A stretch of DNA of 32,000 bases, from NCBI RefSeq assembly GCF_051097895.1, contig NZ_CP142525.1, positions 1,680,001 to 1,712,000 on the forward strand, in the 5' to 3' direction. Each line of letters opens with the position of its first letter. Position 1 is the stretch's first letter. Below are positions 17,628 to 27,068 of this stretch, piece after piece. Under the pieces are notes generated by a model. That model had not been told where the DNA came from. It saw nothing but the letters and a program-made list of their open reading frames with translations, and did no database searches. This DNA is from Psychrobacter sp. HD31. GTDB taxonomy: Bacteria > Pseudomonadota > Gammaproteobacteria > Pseudomonadales > Moraxellaceae. A program made the translations under genes and the position numbers.

Positions 17628-17657
17628 TGATTATCATCTTTAAGTGGTGATTAATCA
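17628..17657. promoter_or_regulatory. Pair of short palindromes TGATTATCA (17628-17636) and TGATTAATCA (17648-17657) upstream of the FKBP gene
   Basis: The two palindromes start 20 bp apart and lie 75-105 bp upstream of the ATG at 17553 (minus strand). Function unknown. Confidence 0.25.
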
Positions 17658-18017
17658 TTTTGCTTCAAGGGTCTATATTAAAAAAGGATACTTTTAACTG
17701 TTTAATATTTAAATATCGCCTTTAAGATAAGTAAGATGACATAGCAAAACATAGCCATCTTTTGGTATTTTTAACGTCTTAGCATACAATGTAGTAAATG
17801 TGTAAATTTATGTTAATATAATTACATATTTATACATTTATATTGCTTTAAGTTAAGGTTTCTAACTTTATTAACTGGATGTTTTGGGTTACAGTTAAAG
17901 TAATAGTTTTAATAAAACTAATCATTATTAAATGATGGAATAAAAATAGGGCAGTCATACTGGTAAGTATAGGTTAGCTGCTATTTAATTTAAATGTGAA
18001 TTTAATTGGAGGATTCC

Positions 18018-19478
18018 ATGAATATGAATAATATATTTGCATGGTTCAATCAGAATTTAAATGGCCCAGCAGGCTCGGTCATTGGTGCAATTTTGTTTTT
18101 TGTCATTGGTTGGATTATTGCCTTAATTTTGGCAGCAGTTGTACGTAAAATGCTTGGTAGTGTTAATGTTAACCAGCGTATGAACTCTGCGACAAATCAG
18201 CAATACGATATTGAAGGCATTGTTGCCAAGATTGTATTTTGGTTTGCCTTTATGCTTGCCATTGCAACGGCTCTAGAGCAACTAAACTTACAATCAATCT
18301 CTGCGCCATTTGCAAACATGATTAACCAAGTGTTGTCATTTGTACCAAGCATTATTGGTGCAGCGGCAATTGGCTTAATTGGTTGGGTTATTGCAACGGT
18401 TATCCGTAACCTAATTACGGTGGCGTTATCAAAAACAACAATGGATGAGAAGCTTACAGCACAAGCGGGCGTACAGCCAATGAGCAACACCATTGCTGAT
18501 GTTATCTATTGGTTTATCCTTTTATTGGTACTTACTTTGGTACTAAACCAACTTGGTATGACCAGCCTACTTGAGCCGTTAAATGGCATGATTGCTAAGA
18601 TTACTGGTTTCTTACCAAATGCTTTATTAGCTGCGTTCACCTTCTTTGTTGGTTATATTGCTGCTAAAATTTTACGTGGCATCACTACTAACTTAGTAGC
18701 GGCAACAAACGTACAGTCGCTTGTTTCTAAAGCGGGTGTGAGTGAAAAAACAAGCCTACCAAACTTAGCGGGTTCTGCTGTATTCTTAGTGGTTGTACTA
18801 ACTGCGTTGGTCATGGCACTAAACACGCTTAAAGTTGACGTTATTGCGCGCCCAGCTACCAACATGATTGATAAAATGATGGGTGCAATCCCTAATATCT
18901 TGATGGCAGTTGTTGTGTTAACAGCGTTCTACTTCATTAGTAAACTAATTGCAGACCTAGTGAAAGGTTTATTGGTAAATACAGAAGTTAATAGCTTGCC
19001 TTCTAAACTTGGTATCATTTCTGACGATGAATGTAGCTGCCAGTTAACTGATTTGATTGGTAATGCGATTGTATTCTTTGCTATGCTGTTTGGTGTGATT
19101 TTGGCTGCTGATTTGCTAGGCTTTGATCAGATTAGTGAAATGGTTACTATGTTCATTAACTTTGGTGCAGATGTTATCCTTGGTGCAATCATCATGGTTA
19201 TCGGCTTTTGGTTGGCTAACTTGGTTGCTGGTTTTGTTAGTAACTCTGAACAAGGCTCAACCTTCTTAGCAAACACAGTTCGTGTCCTTATCATGGGCTT
19301 GGTAATTGCGATGGGTCTTAAAGCAATGGGTATTGCAGACTCAATTGTAAACTTAGCATTTGGTTTAACACTTGGTGCGGTTGCAGTGGCATTTGCTTTA
19401 TCGTTTGGTCTTGGTGGTCAAGAGGCAGCAGCTCGCTATCTTCGTAACCTACAAGATAAAATGGATAACGATAAGTAA
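18018..19478 (+). CDS. Polytopic membrane protein made of five tandem conserved-TM-helix (PF05552-like) modules; no MscS channel domain
   Basis: A GGAGGA RBS at 18008-18013 supports the ATG at 18018 (or 18024) rather than the track's TTG at 18006. Five two-helix modules of about 91 aa recur, anchored on VIGWIIA, LIGWVIA, FVGYIAA, TAFYFIS and VIGFWLA. Confidence 0.7.
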   Translation: MNMNNIFAWFNQNLNGPAGSVIGAILFFVIGWIIALILAAVVRKMLGSVNVNQRMNSATNQQYDIEGIVAKIVFWFAFMLAIATALEQLNLQSISAPFANMINQVLSFVPSIIGAAAIGLIGWVIATVIRNLITVALSKTTMDEKLTAQAGVQPMSNTIADVIYWFILLLVLTLVLNQLGMTSLLEPLNGMIAKITGFLPNALLAAFTFFVGYIAAKILRGITTNLVAATNVQSLVSKAGVSEKTSLPNLAGSAVFLVVVLTALVMALNTLKVDVIARPATNMIDKMMGAIPNILMAVVVLTAFYFISKLIADLVKGLLVNTEVNSLPSKLGIISDDECSCQLTDLIGNAIVFFAMLFGVILAADLLGFDQISEMVTMFINFGADVILGAIIMVIGFWLANLVAGFVSNSEQGSTFLANTVRVLIMGLVIAMGLKAMGIADSIVNLAFGLTLGAVAVAFALSFGLGGQEAAARYLRNLQDKMDNDK

Positions 19479-19505
19479 TTTGTATTGAGTTATTCAACGT
19501 AATCT

Positions 19506-19535
19506 AAAAGGGTAGTCGTAAGGCTACCCTTTTTA
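19506..19535 (+). terminator. Rho-independent terminator of the TM-helix-repeat gene
   Basis: AAAAGGGTAGTC - GTAA loop - GGCTACCCTTTT, followed by TTTTTAT. Confidence 0.7.
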
Positions 19536-19547
19536 TATGGTGCTAAT

Positions 19548-19575
19548 AAAAAAGCTGAGCAAATGCTCAGCTTTT
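19548..19575 (-). terminator. Rho-independent terminator of hisA (also hairpin-competent on the + strand)
   Basis: AGCTGAGC (19553-19560), loop AAAT, GCTCAGCT (19565-19572). An A6 tract lies on the + strand side (a T tract for the minus-strand transcript) and TTTT on the other side. Confidence 0.65.
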
Positions 19576-19590
19576 GGTGTTGTTTTAAGC

Positions 19591-20328
19591 TTATTTGTCA
19601 AGTAATGCCTGTGCAGAGCCTAAATCTAGTGTGCCTTCATAGATGGCTCGACCGGTAATAATACCTTCTAAATATTCTCCATAAGGTTTTAATAGTTTGA
19701 TATCTTTCATATCAGTGACACCGCCAGAAGCAATCACGGGTATGCCACCTTCTTTAGCAAGGTTGATGGTTTGTTCAACATTCACGCCCTGCATCATCCC
19801 GTCTCTTGCTATGTCGGTATAAACAATAGATGACACACCAGCGTCAGCAAAACGTTTTGCAAGCTCAGTGGCTTTAGTATCGGTTACATTTGCCCAGCCA
19901 TGAGTTGCTACCATGCCATCTTTGGCATCAATTCCTACAATGATATTGCCTTCAAACTCTTTACAGGCTTGTTCAACAAACTCGGGTTCTTCAACAGCTT
20001 TTGTACCAATAATAATATAAGTTAGCCCAGCTTCTAAATAGTGTTCTATCGTTTTAAGGTTGCGGATACCGCCACCTAACTGGATTGGCAATGTCGGGTG
20101 TTCTTTAGCAATATCAGTAACAACAGACTTATGTACAGGGATACCGTCAAAAGCACCATTTAGATCAACAAGGTGTAATCTGCGTGCACCTTCTTTAACC
20201 CAGCGGCTCGCCATGGCGACAGGATCATTTGAAAAAACGGTATCGTCTTCCATACGGCCCTGCTTGAGACGAACGCATTTGCCATCTTTTAAATCGATAG
20301 CTGGGATAATAACCGGACTAGATTGCAT
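19591..20328 (-). CDS. hisA: HisA, 1-(5-phosphoribosyl)-5-[(5-phosphoribosylamino)methylideneamino]imidazole-4-carboxamide isomerase
   Basis: [37 protein letters not shown]...[10 protein letters not shown]...IQLGGGIR...IASGGV...[11 protein letters not shown] is the canonical HisA pattern. GAGGAA RBS. No other his genes are adjacent in this window. Confidence 0.93.
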   Translation of the reverse strand: MQSSPVIIPAIDLKDGKCVRLKQGRMEDDTVFSNDPVAMASRWVKEGARRLHLVDLNGAFDGIPVHKSVVTDIAKEHPTLPIQLGGGIRNLKTIEHYLEAGLTYIIIGTKAVEEPEFVEQACKEFEGNIIVGIDAKDGMVATHGWANVTDTKATELAKRFADAGVSSIVYTDIARDGMMQGVNVEQTINLAKEGGIPVIASGGVTDMKDIKLLKPYGEYLEGIITGRAIYEGTLDLGSAQALLDK

Positions 20329-20647
20329 AATATTTCCTCAATATATGGACTATTGTTTATCATAACTTACATAAATGGTAGAAACGCGCAACAAACCCTA
20401 CAAATTTTAGGAGTTTTGCCGTATAATGTTGGGCTAAATTGTATTTACGATTCTGGTAGCCAGTCGCCACTGTTTCATACATTCTTAATTGAGGGTTTAG
20501 TTTACCATTGCAAGAGCCGGTTAATAAACTTTTAGTTAATTGTTCTTTTTTATCATGTTTTGCTTGCCAAAATTTGGTAAAACGTAGCAATTGCGATAGT
20601 GCGTTTGGCGTATCTTTTCATTTGTTTGATAAAGTAAGTATGTGCTT

Positions 20648-22000
20648 ATGATTAACATCAAGAAAGGGTTGGATCTGCCTATCGCTGGTGAGCCAAGTAA
20701 CGAAGTTACTGAGCAAACACCAAGCCGTGTTGCATTAGTCGGTTACGATTATGTGGGCATGAAGCCAACCATGAAAGTTCAAGTCGGCGACGTCGTCGCA
20801 AAGGGACAACCTGTCTATGAAGACAAAAAGCGTGCAGGTGTTGTTTATACTGCCCCTGCTGCTGGTAAAGTTGTTGCTATTAACCGTGGTGAGCGTCGAG
20901 TATTCGAAAGCCTTGTCATCGAAGTTGATAACAACGGTCAAGAGGTTGTATTCAATCAATATGATAGCAGTCAGCTAGCAAACTTAGATGCGCAAACGGT
21001 TGAAGATCAGCTTAATAAAGCTGGTGAATGGACCGCCTTCCGTACTCGCCCATTTAGCCGCACACCTGAGCTTGGTTCTCGTCCTGCGGCAATATTTGTT
21101 ACCGCAACAGATACCAATCCGCTAGCAGTTGATCCCATGTCTATGATTGCGCCAGAGCAACAGGCGTTTAATGATGGTTTGGCTGTTATCTCTACACTAA
21201 CACCAAAAACGTATGTTTGCCATGAAGGCAATGCAAACCTGACAAAGGTTGAAAGTACGGCAGCAGATAATTCAACGGAATATCATGCGTTTTCTGGTAA
21301 GCACCCAGCAGGCAATGCTGGTACCCATATCCACTTTTTACACCCAGTTAGCCGCCATGTAACCGTTTGGACAATCGGTTATCAAGATGTTGTGGCGATT
21401 GGTAAGTTGTTTACAACGGGTCGCTTATATACCACACGTTTAATTAGCTTAGCAGGTCCAGCCGTTAATAACCCACAACTGGTTATCACAGAGCGTGGCG
21501 CAGATTTAACTGAAGCGACTAATGGACAGCTAAAAGCTGGCGAAAACCGTGTGATTTCTGGTTCTATTCTATCGGGTCGACAAGCAGCAGACAATGTTGC
21601 TTATTTGGGTCGTTTCCATAATCAAATCAGTGTGTTGTCAGAAGGTTATGAACGCCCAATGTTCCACTTCTTTAGATTAGGTTTAAACCGTTTTTCTAGC
21701 ATGCCGGTCTATATTTCGCGCTTATTTGGTGGTAAGAAGTTTAACTTTACAACCTCTAGTAATGGTTCTCCTCGTGCGATGGTACCTATTGGCGCTTATG
21801 AAAACGTGATGCCACAAGATTACTTGCCAACACAATTATTAAAAGCGCTGATTGTAGAAGATATTGTAGAGGCGGTTGAATTAGGGGCTATGGAGCTAGA
21901 TGAAGAAGATTTAGCATTATGCACCTTTGTATCACCAGGTAAATATGAGTTTGGCGACATTTTGCGTGATAACCTAACTCGTATTGAGATGGAGGGGTAA
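20648..22000 (+). CDS. nqrA: Na+-translocating NADH:quinone oxidoreductase subunit A
   Basis: [16 protein letters not shown]... is the typical NqrA N-terminus. I prefer the ATG at 20648 over the track's GTG at 20642. First gene of a contiguous nqrA-F cluster. Confidence 0.93.
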   Translation: MINIKKGLDLPIAGEPSNEVTEQTPSRVALVGYDYVGMKPTMKVQVGDVVAKGQPVYEDKKRAGVVYTAPAAGKVVAINRGERRVFESLVIEVDNNGQEVVFNQYDSSQLANLDAQTVEDQLNKAGEWTAFRTRPFSRTPELGSRPAAIFVTATDTNPLAVDPMSMIAPEQQAFNDGLAVISTLTPKTYVCHEGNANLTKVESTAADNSTEYHAFSGKHPAGNAGTHIHFLHPVSRHVTVWTIGYQDVVAIGKLFTTGRLYTTRLISLAGPAVNNPQLVITERGADLTEATNGQLKAGENRVISGSILSGRQAADNVAYLGRFHNQISVLSEGYERPMFHFFRLGLNRFSSMPVYISRLFGGKKFNFTTSSNGSPRAMVPIGAYENVMPQDYLPTQLLKALIVEDIVEAVELGAMELDEEDLALCTFVSPGKYEFGDILRDNLTRIEMEG

Positions 22001-22005
22001 AGACG

Positions 22006-23223
22006 ATGAAATTTTTAAATAATATATTTGATCGTATGGAACCTGCCTTCTCAAAAGGCGGTAAATACGAGAAGTACTTCGCACTATTCGAAATGTTTGA
22101 CACTTTCGTACGTCAGCCAGGTACAACAACGCACAGTGCGGCACACGTCCGTGATGGTATTGATTTAAAACGTATTATGATTCTTGTGTGGATGTGTACG
22201 TTCCCAGCCATGTTTTTTGGCATGTGGAATGTGGGTCACCAAGCATTAACAGCAATGGCTCAGTTAGGTACTGAGGCAACAGGCTGGCGTACAATTGTTA
22301 CCAACCTAGTTGGATATGATGCCAATAGTTTGTTGGCTTGTTTTGTTTATGGTGCCATGCAGTTTTTACCTATTTATGCTGTGACCTTTGCGGTCGGTAT
22401 TTTGTGGGAAATCATTTTTGCGGTGGTACGTGGACATGAAGTGAACGAAGGTTTCTTTGTTACTTCGGTACTATTCGCATTAAGTTTACCGCCTGATATT
22501 CCATTATGGCAAGTTGCCTTAGGTGTCACCTTTGGTGTTGTGGTTGCTAAAGAAGTATTTGGTGGTACAGGTAAAAACTTCCTTAACCCTGCATTGGCTG
22601 GTCGTGCATTTTTGTACTTTTCATACCCAGCACAAATGTCTGGCGATAGCATTTGGACAGCAGCAGATGGTTTTTCTGGTGCAACGCCACTTGGTGAAGC
22701 CGCTGTTGGTGCCATACCGAGCGAGTTTTCGGTAACTTGGATGCAAGCATTTTTAGGCACTATGCAAGGTAGTATTGGCGAAGTATCTACTCTAGCCATT
22801 TTAATTGGTGCCGTTGGACTATTGATTACTCGCATTGCGTCATGGCGCATTATTGCTGGTAGTGTCGTAGGCTTAGTTGCAACCTCGTTAATCTTTAACA
22901 TGATTGGTTCAGAAACCAACCAGTTAATGAACATGCCATTTTACTGGCATATGGTTTTAGGTGGCTTTGCATTTGGTGTTGTATTTATGGCAACGGATCC
23001 AGTATCAGCCGCTCAGACCAATAAAGGTCGTTGGTTTTATGGTATTTTAATTGGCTTTATGACAGTGTTGATTCGTGTAATTAACCCTGCATTCCCTGAA
23101 GGTATCATGCTGGCTATTCTATTCGCTAACCTTTTTGCCCCATTGTTTGATTACTTTGTTACCCAGGCAAATATTAAGCGTCAAAACGCAAGGAGAATGA
23201 GTCATGTCCAAGTCCAAAAGTAA
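22006..23223 (+). CDS. nqrB: Na+-NQR subunit B
   Basis: Polytopic. The FMN-attachment motif context [14 protein letters not shown] is present. It overlaps nqrC by 20 nt. Confidence 0.93.
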   Translation: MKFLNNIFDRMEPAFSKGGKYEKYFALFEMFDTFVRQPGTTTHSAAHVRDGIDLKRIMILVWMCTFPAMFFGMWNVGHQALTAMAQLGTEATGWRTIVTNLVGYDANSLLACFVYGAMQFLPIYAVTFAVGILWEIIFAVVRGHEVNEGFFVTSVLFALSLPPDIPLWQVALGVTFGVVVAKEVFGGTGKNFLNPALAGRAFLYFSYPAQMSGDSIWTAADGFSGATPLGEAAVGAIPSEFSVTWMQAFLGTMQGSIGEVSTLAILIGAVGLLITRIASWRIIAGSVVGLVATSLIFNMIGSETNQLMNMPFYWHMVLGGFAFGVVFMATDPVSAAQTNKGRWFYGILIGFMTVLIRVINPAFPEGIMLAILFANLFAPLFDYFVTQANIKRQNARRMSHVQVQK

Positions 23224-24007
23224 CAATATGAACACAGTTATTGTTGCATTAGCACTTTGCTTGGTTTGCTCAGTGTTAGTGTCGGCAGTAGCGGTTGGCT
23301 TAAAGCCACAACAGCTTGCTAATGCAGAATTAGATATTAATAAGAATATCATGGTTGCAGCGGGCGAGTTTGATCCAGCAACCGAAACAAATGAAGATGT
23401 TGCTAAAAAGTTTGAAGACTTTACCGTAAAACTAGTTGACCTAAAAGAAGGTACGTTTGCAGAGGAAGCTAAACTTAGTGAACTTGGCATTAATGCAGCT
23501 AGTTATAAAATGTCTGCTGCTGGTAAAGATGCTAATTTGAGTGATGACCTTGGTGATGCCGATAAAGCAGGCATTGGTCGTTTACCAAAATACGCTAAAG
23601 TTTATGTTAAAAAAGATGCCGAAGGTAAAACAGAATCAATTGTACTACCAATTTATGGTGCAGGACTTTGGGGTAAAATTTATGGTTTCTTAACACTTGA
23701 AGGTGACATTAATACGGTTAAAGGTATTAGTTTCTACGAGCATAAAGAAACCCCGGGCTTAGGTGCTTTGATTGAAAGTGATAAGTTCCGTGACCAGTTC
23801 CCTGGTATTCAGGCTTATGATGAGTCTGGCAATGTTGCAACGGCAGTTACTAAAGCTGGCTTGGCTAAAGAAAACCAAGTAGACGGTATTAGTGGTGCAA
23901 CCTTAACCAGTAAAGGCGTTAATAATTTTGTTCAGTTTTGGTTATCTGATGCAGGCTATAAAAAGTTCTTAGATAACTTACGTGCTGGCGAAGCAGGGGA
24001 GGTGTAA
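23204..24007 (+). CDS. nqrC: Na+-NQR subunit C
   Basis: Single N-terminal TM helix ([20 protein letters not shown]) and the FMN-attachment motif [23 protein letters not shown] 8 nt upstream. Confidence 0.92.
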   Translation: MSKSKSNNMNTVIVALALCLVCSVLVSAVAVGLKPQQLANAELDINKNIMVAAGEFDPATETNEDVAKKFEDFTVKLVDLKEGTFAEEAKLSELGINAASYKMSAAGKDANLSDDLGDADKAGIGRLPKYAKVYVKKDAEGKTESIVLPIYGAGLWGKIYGFLTLEGDINTVKGISFYEHKETPGLGALIESDKFRDQFPGIQAYDESGNVATAVTKAGLAKENQVDGISGATLTSKGVNNFVQFWLSDAGYKKFLDNLRAGEAGEV

Positions 24008-24008
24008 G

Positions 24009-24680
24009 ATGGCAGATTCTAAAAAAATCTTAACCACGCCAATTTTTGACAACAACCCAATTGCGTTGCAAATTTTGGGTATCTGTTCTGCCTTGGCGGT
24101 AACCACCAGCGTTAAAAATGCGTTGGTAATGTGTATTGCTTTAACGCTAGTAACTGCGTTTTCAAGCTTTTTTATCTCAATTATCCGTAACAAAATCCCA
24201 TCAAGCATTCGTATTATTGTGCAAATGGTGATTATTGCTTCTTTGGTAATTATTGTTGACCAAATATTAAAAGCGGTTGCTTATGATGTAAGTAAGTCTT
24301 TATCGGTTTTTGTTGGTCTAATTATTACTAACTGTATCGTTATGGGTCGTGCTGAAGCCTTTGCAATGAGCAACCCACCTGTACCAAGCTTTTTAGATGG
24401 TATTGGTAACGGTTTAGGTTATTCGGCTGTATTATTATTTGTTGCGAGTATTCGTGAACTATTTGGTGCTGGCTCATGGTTTGGATTGCCATTACTGCAA
24501 TCAGTAAATGATGGTGGTTGGTATGTGCCTAATGGTTTGCTATTGTTGCCACCATCTGCATTCTTTATTATTGCGCTGTTTATTGCGATTGTCCGCACAG
24601 TGAAGAAAGACCAAGTTGAAGATGCAGAATTTGTCATGAAACCTCAATCTAAAGGCATGACACATGGAGGAGGTCACTAA
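24009..24680 (+). CDS. nqrD: Na+-NQR subunit D
   Basis: [32 protein letters not shown]... is the typical NqrD N-terminus. I prefer the ATG at 24009 (GGAGG upstream) over the track start at 23982. The conserved Cys pair is present ([14 protein letters not shown]). Confidence 0.92.
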   Translation: MADSKKILTTPIFDNNPIALQILGICSALAVTTSVKNALVMCIALTLVTAFSSFFISIIRNKIPSSIRIIVQMVIIASLVIIVDQILKAVAYDVSKSLSVFVGLIITNCIVMGRAEAFAMSNPPVPSFLDGIGNGLGYSAVLLFVASIRELFGAGSWFGLPLLQSVNDGGWYVPNGLLLLPPSAFFIIALFIAIVRTVKKDQVEDAEFVMKPQSKGMTHGGGH

Positions 24681-25288
24681 TGGGACACTATATCAGTTTA
24701 TTTATTACCTCAGTCTTCATTGAAAACATGGCACTTGCCTACTTCTTAGGTATGTGTACATTCCTTGCGGTATCTAAAAAAGTATCTACCGCAATTGGCT
24801 TGGGCATTGCAGTAATTGTTGTTATGGCAATTACGGTACCATTAAACAATTTACTGTATCAGTATCTATTAAAAGATGGTGCGTTGGCTTGGGCAGGTTT
24901 TTCTGATGTTGACTTGAGCTTTTTAGGCTTTTTAAGTTACATTGCTTTAATTGCGGCTACCGTACAAATCCTAGAAATGTTTTTGGATAAGTTTGTACCA
25001 GCTTTGTATAACGCTTTGGGCGTATTCTTACCACTTATTACAGTAAACTGTGCCATCATGGGTGGTGTATTGTTTATGGTAGAGCGTGACTACAACTTTA
25101 CTGAGTCATTAACCTATGGTATTGGTTCTGGTTTTGGTTGGGCAATGGCAATTGCATTGCTAGCAGCTATCCGTGAAAAACTAAAGTATTCAGATATCCC
25201 TGGTCCATTGCGTGGCTTGGGTATCACATTTATTACTGTTGGCTTGATGTCACTGGGCTTTATGTCCTTTGGTGGCATGTCGATTTAA
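24680..25288 (+). CDS. nqrE: Na+-NQR subunit E
   Basis: [34 protein letters not shown]... and the conserved Cys pair ([14 protein letters not shown]). TAATG start/stop overlap with nqrD. Confidence 0.93.
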   Translation: MGHYISLFITSVFIENMALAYFLGMCTFLAVSKKVSTAIGLGIAVIVVMAITVPLNNLLYQYLLKDGALAWAGFSDVDLSFLGFLSYIALIAATVQILEMFLDKFVPALYNALGVFLPLITVNCAIMGGVLFMVERDYNFTESLTYGIGSGFGWAMAIALLAAIREKLKYSDIPGPLRGLGITFITVGLMSLGFMSFGGMSI

Positions 25289-25348
25289 CCATTTGGGGCT
25301 TAACGTTAAATTTACTTAAGCCTCTAACCAAATATAAGGAAAAAAATC

Positions 25349-26614
25349 ATGTTTGGTACTGCAATAGGTGGTGTCGCCATGTTTACCCTGATTATCATGG
25401 GTTTGGTTGCCATTATTTTGGTAGCACGCTCAAGACTAGTCAGTACAGGTGATGTCACAATTAATATCAATGATAATCCTGAAAACAATGTTACTACCCC
25501 AGCTGGTGGTAAATTGCTTCAAACACTTGCTGGTGAAGGTATCTTCTTATCGTCTGCTTGTGGCGGTGGTGGTACTTGTGCTCAGTGTAAGTGTAAGGTC
25601 ATCGAAGGTGGTGGCTCTATTTTACCAACTGAAGAAGGTCACTTCACTCAAGGTGAAATCCGTGATCACATGCGTTTGGCATGTCAGGTTGCTGTTAAGC
25701 AAGACATGAAAATCGAAATTGATCCAGAATTCTTTGATGTGAAAAAATGGGAATGTACCGTTGAATCTAATGACAACGTTGCAACCTTTATTAAAGAATT
25801 GGTACTACGTATCCCTGAAGGCGAATCAGTTGATTTCCGTGCTGGTGGTTATGTACAGTTAGAAGCCCCTGCTTACGAAGTTAACTATAAAGACTTCGAT
25901 ATTGGTGAAGAGTACCGTGGTGACTGGGAACAGTTTAATATGTTCCGTTACGTATCTAAAGTTGATGAGCCAGTTATCCGTGCTTATTCTATGGCTAACT
26001 ATCCAGAAGAAAAAGGCATCATCAAATTTAATATTCGTATCGCTAGTCCCCCACCTCGTGGTCCTGAAGGTATTCCACCAGGTAAAATGTCTTCTTATGT
26101 CTTTAACCTTAAACCAGGTGACAAGATTACCGTATCTGGTCCTTATGGTGAGTTCTTTGCTAAAGAGACTAAAGCTGAGATGGTATTTATTGGTGGTGGT
26201 GCAGGTATGGCACCAATGCGCTCTCATATCTTTGACCAATTGAAACGTCTTAATTCTGATCGTAAAATTAGTTTCTGGTATGGTGCTCGTTCAGTTCGTG
26301 AAATGTTCTATGTTGAAGACTATGATGGCTTGGCTGAAGAGTTTGATAACTTTGAATGGCACGTTGCGCTGTCTGATCCACAAGAAGAAGACAACTGGAA
26401 AGTCAAAAAAGACATTAATGATGAAGAAGGCGACGGATTTGTTGGCTTTATTCACAATGTCTTATTAGAAGAGTACTTAGCAAACCATCCAGCACCAGAA
26501 GACTGTGAGTTTTACATGTGTGGACCTCCGATGATGAACGCTGCGGTTATCGATATGCTACATTCATTGGGTGTAGAAGATGAAAACATCTTACTTGATG
26601 ACTTTGGTGGTTAA
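25349..26614 (+). CDS. nqrF: Na+-NQR subunit F (2Fe-2S ferredoxin / FAD / NADH-binding)
   Basis: N-terminal TM helix, the 2Fe-2S motif [15 protein letters not shown]...RLACQV, the FAD motif RAYSMAN and the NAD motif [11 protein letters not shown]. Confidence 0.94.
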   Translation: MFGTAIGGVAMFTLIIMGLVAIILVARSRLVSTGDVTININDNPENNVTTPAGGKLLQTLAGEGIFLSSACGGGGTCAQCKCKVIEGGGSILPTEEGHFTQGEIRDHMRLACQVAVKQDMKIEIDPEFFDVKKWECTVESNDNVATFIKELVLRIPEGESVDFRAGGYVQLEAPAYEVNYKDFDIGEEYRGDWEQFNMFRYVSKVDEPVIRAYSMANYPEEKGIIKFNIRIASPPPRGPEGIPPGKMSSYVFNLKPGDKITVSGPYGEFFAKETKAEMVFIGGGAGMAPMRSHIFDQLKRLNSDRKISFWYGARSVREMFYVEDYDGLAEEFDNFEWHVALSDPQEEDNWKVKKDINDEEGDGFVGFIHNVLLEEYLANHPAPEDCEFYMCGPPMMNAAVIDMLHSLGVEDENILLDDFGG

Positions 26615-26631
26615 AATACATTATTAGTTTT

Positions 26632-26665
26632 AAAAAAAAGAGCCTTTGTTAAGGCTCTTTTTTTA
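26632..26665 (+). terminator. Rho-independent terminator of the nqr operon
   Basis: A-run, GAGCCTT (26640-26646), loop TGTT, AAGGCTC (26651-26657), then T7. Confidence 0.8.
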
Positions 26666-26735
26666 TGAGATACAGTGTTGTATTGGCAATATGCATCTTA
26701 TGTTAATTAGCCAACTTTCTGATAACACCAGATGT

Positions 26736-26752
26736 TTTGTATTTAATACAAA
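26736..26752. promoter_or_regulatory. Orphan 17-bp palindrome TTTGTATT-T-AATACAAA
   Basis: Perfect 8-bp arms around one central base, in non-coding DNA downstream of nqrF. No adjacent gene start. Confidence 0.2.
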
Positions 26753-27007
26753 CCTAACTAAGAAAAACAGCTTGAAGATATAGCAAATAAAACAATTCTT
26801 GAGTTTTAAGTATTTATATAACCGTCTATTTTTAGCTGAATCATCTAAGTAAGTGTTTTTTTAGTATTTGAAAAGTATATATACTAGCTACAACCTACAA
26901 TAAAAAAAGTAATGTCAGTACCAGAAGAAAGCAAAAGAAGAAAAGTGAATAAAAATTATTTTATGAGTTAATGGTGCTTTATGGCTAATAGGTTTTTTAG
27001 GGAGCAT

Positions 27008-27044
27008 AAAAAAGATAAATACATCAATGGGATGTATTTATCTT
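27008..27044 (-). terminator. Rho-independent terminator of the secreted Cys-rich protein gene
   Basis: Perfect 14-bp stem AAGATAAATACATC (27012-27025) / GATGTATTTATCTT (27031-27044). On the minus strand it is followed by TTTTTTAT. Confidence 0.8.
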
Positions 27045-27068
27045 AGTATTTGTGTGCATTAGTGGATC

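Noticed and set aside
17617-17660. Fur boxes upstream of the FKBP gene.
   Set aside because: On the minus strand, ATGATAATCA matches the 10-nt core of GATAATGATAATCATTATC. The full 19-mer matches at only about 12 of 19 by my count, and the second palindrome has an extra base. That is not enough for a Fur call in AT-rich DNA.
20323-20590. ORFs 20323-20535 (+, 70 aa) and 20360-20590 (-, 76 aa) in the hisA/nqrA intergenic region.
   Set aside because: They have no RBS, and the minus ORF starts with TTG. One overlaps the hisA start, and their composition is not protein-like. I treat them as non-coding leader or promoter DNA.
22374-22934. 186-aa ORF antisense to nqrB. Similar long antisense ORFs occur at 14196-14723 and 13987-14295 (in cydD), 25859-26239 and 25902-26243 (in nqrF), 23119-23490 (nqrB/nqrC junction) and 11784-12149 (in cydC).
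   Set aside because: Each lies wholly inside a gene with strong family motifs on the other strand or frame. None has a recognisable RBS or domain. Their compositions are the Ser/Thr/Ala/Cys-rich junk typical of shadow ORFs.
26665-26971. Mini-ORFs after nqrF (MRYSVVLAICILC at 26665-26706 and MSVPEESKRRKVNKNYFMS at 26912-26971) as possible nqrM or a leader peptide.
   Set aside because: Neither has an SD. The first begins inside the terminator T tract. Neither resembles NqrM, which is about 70 aa with a TM helix and Cys motifs. No ORF of apbE size exists here.
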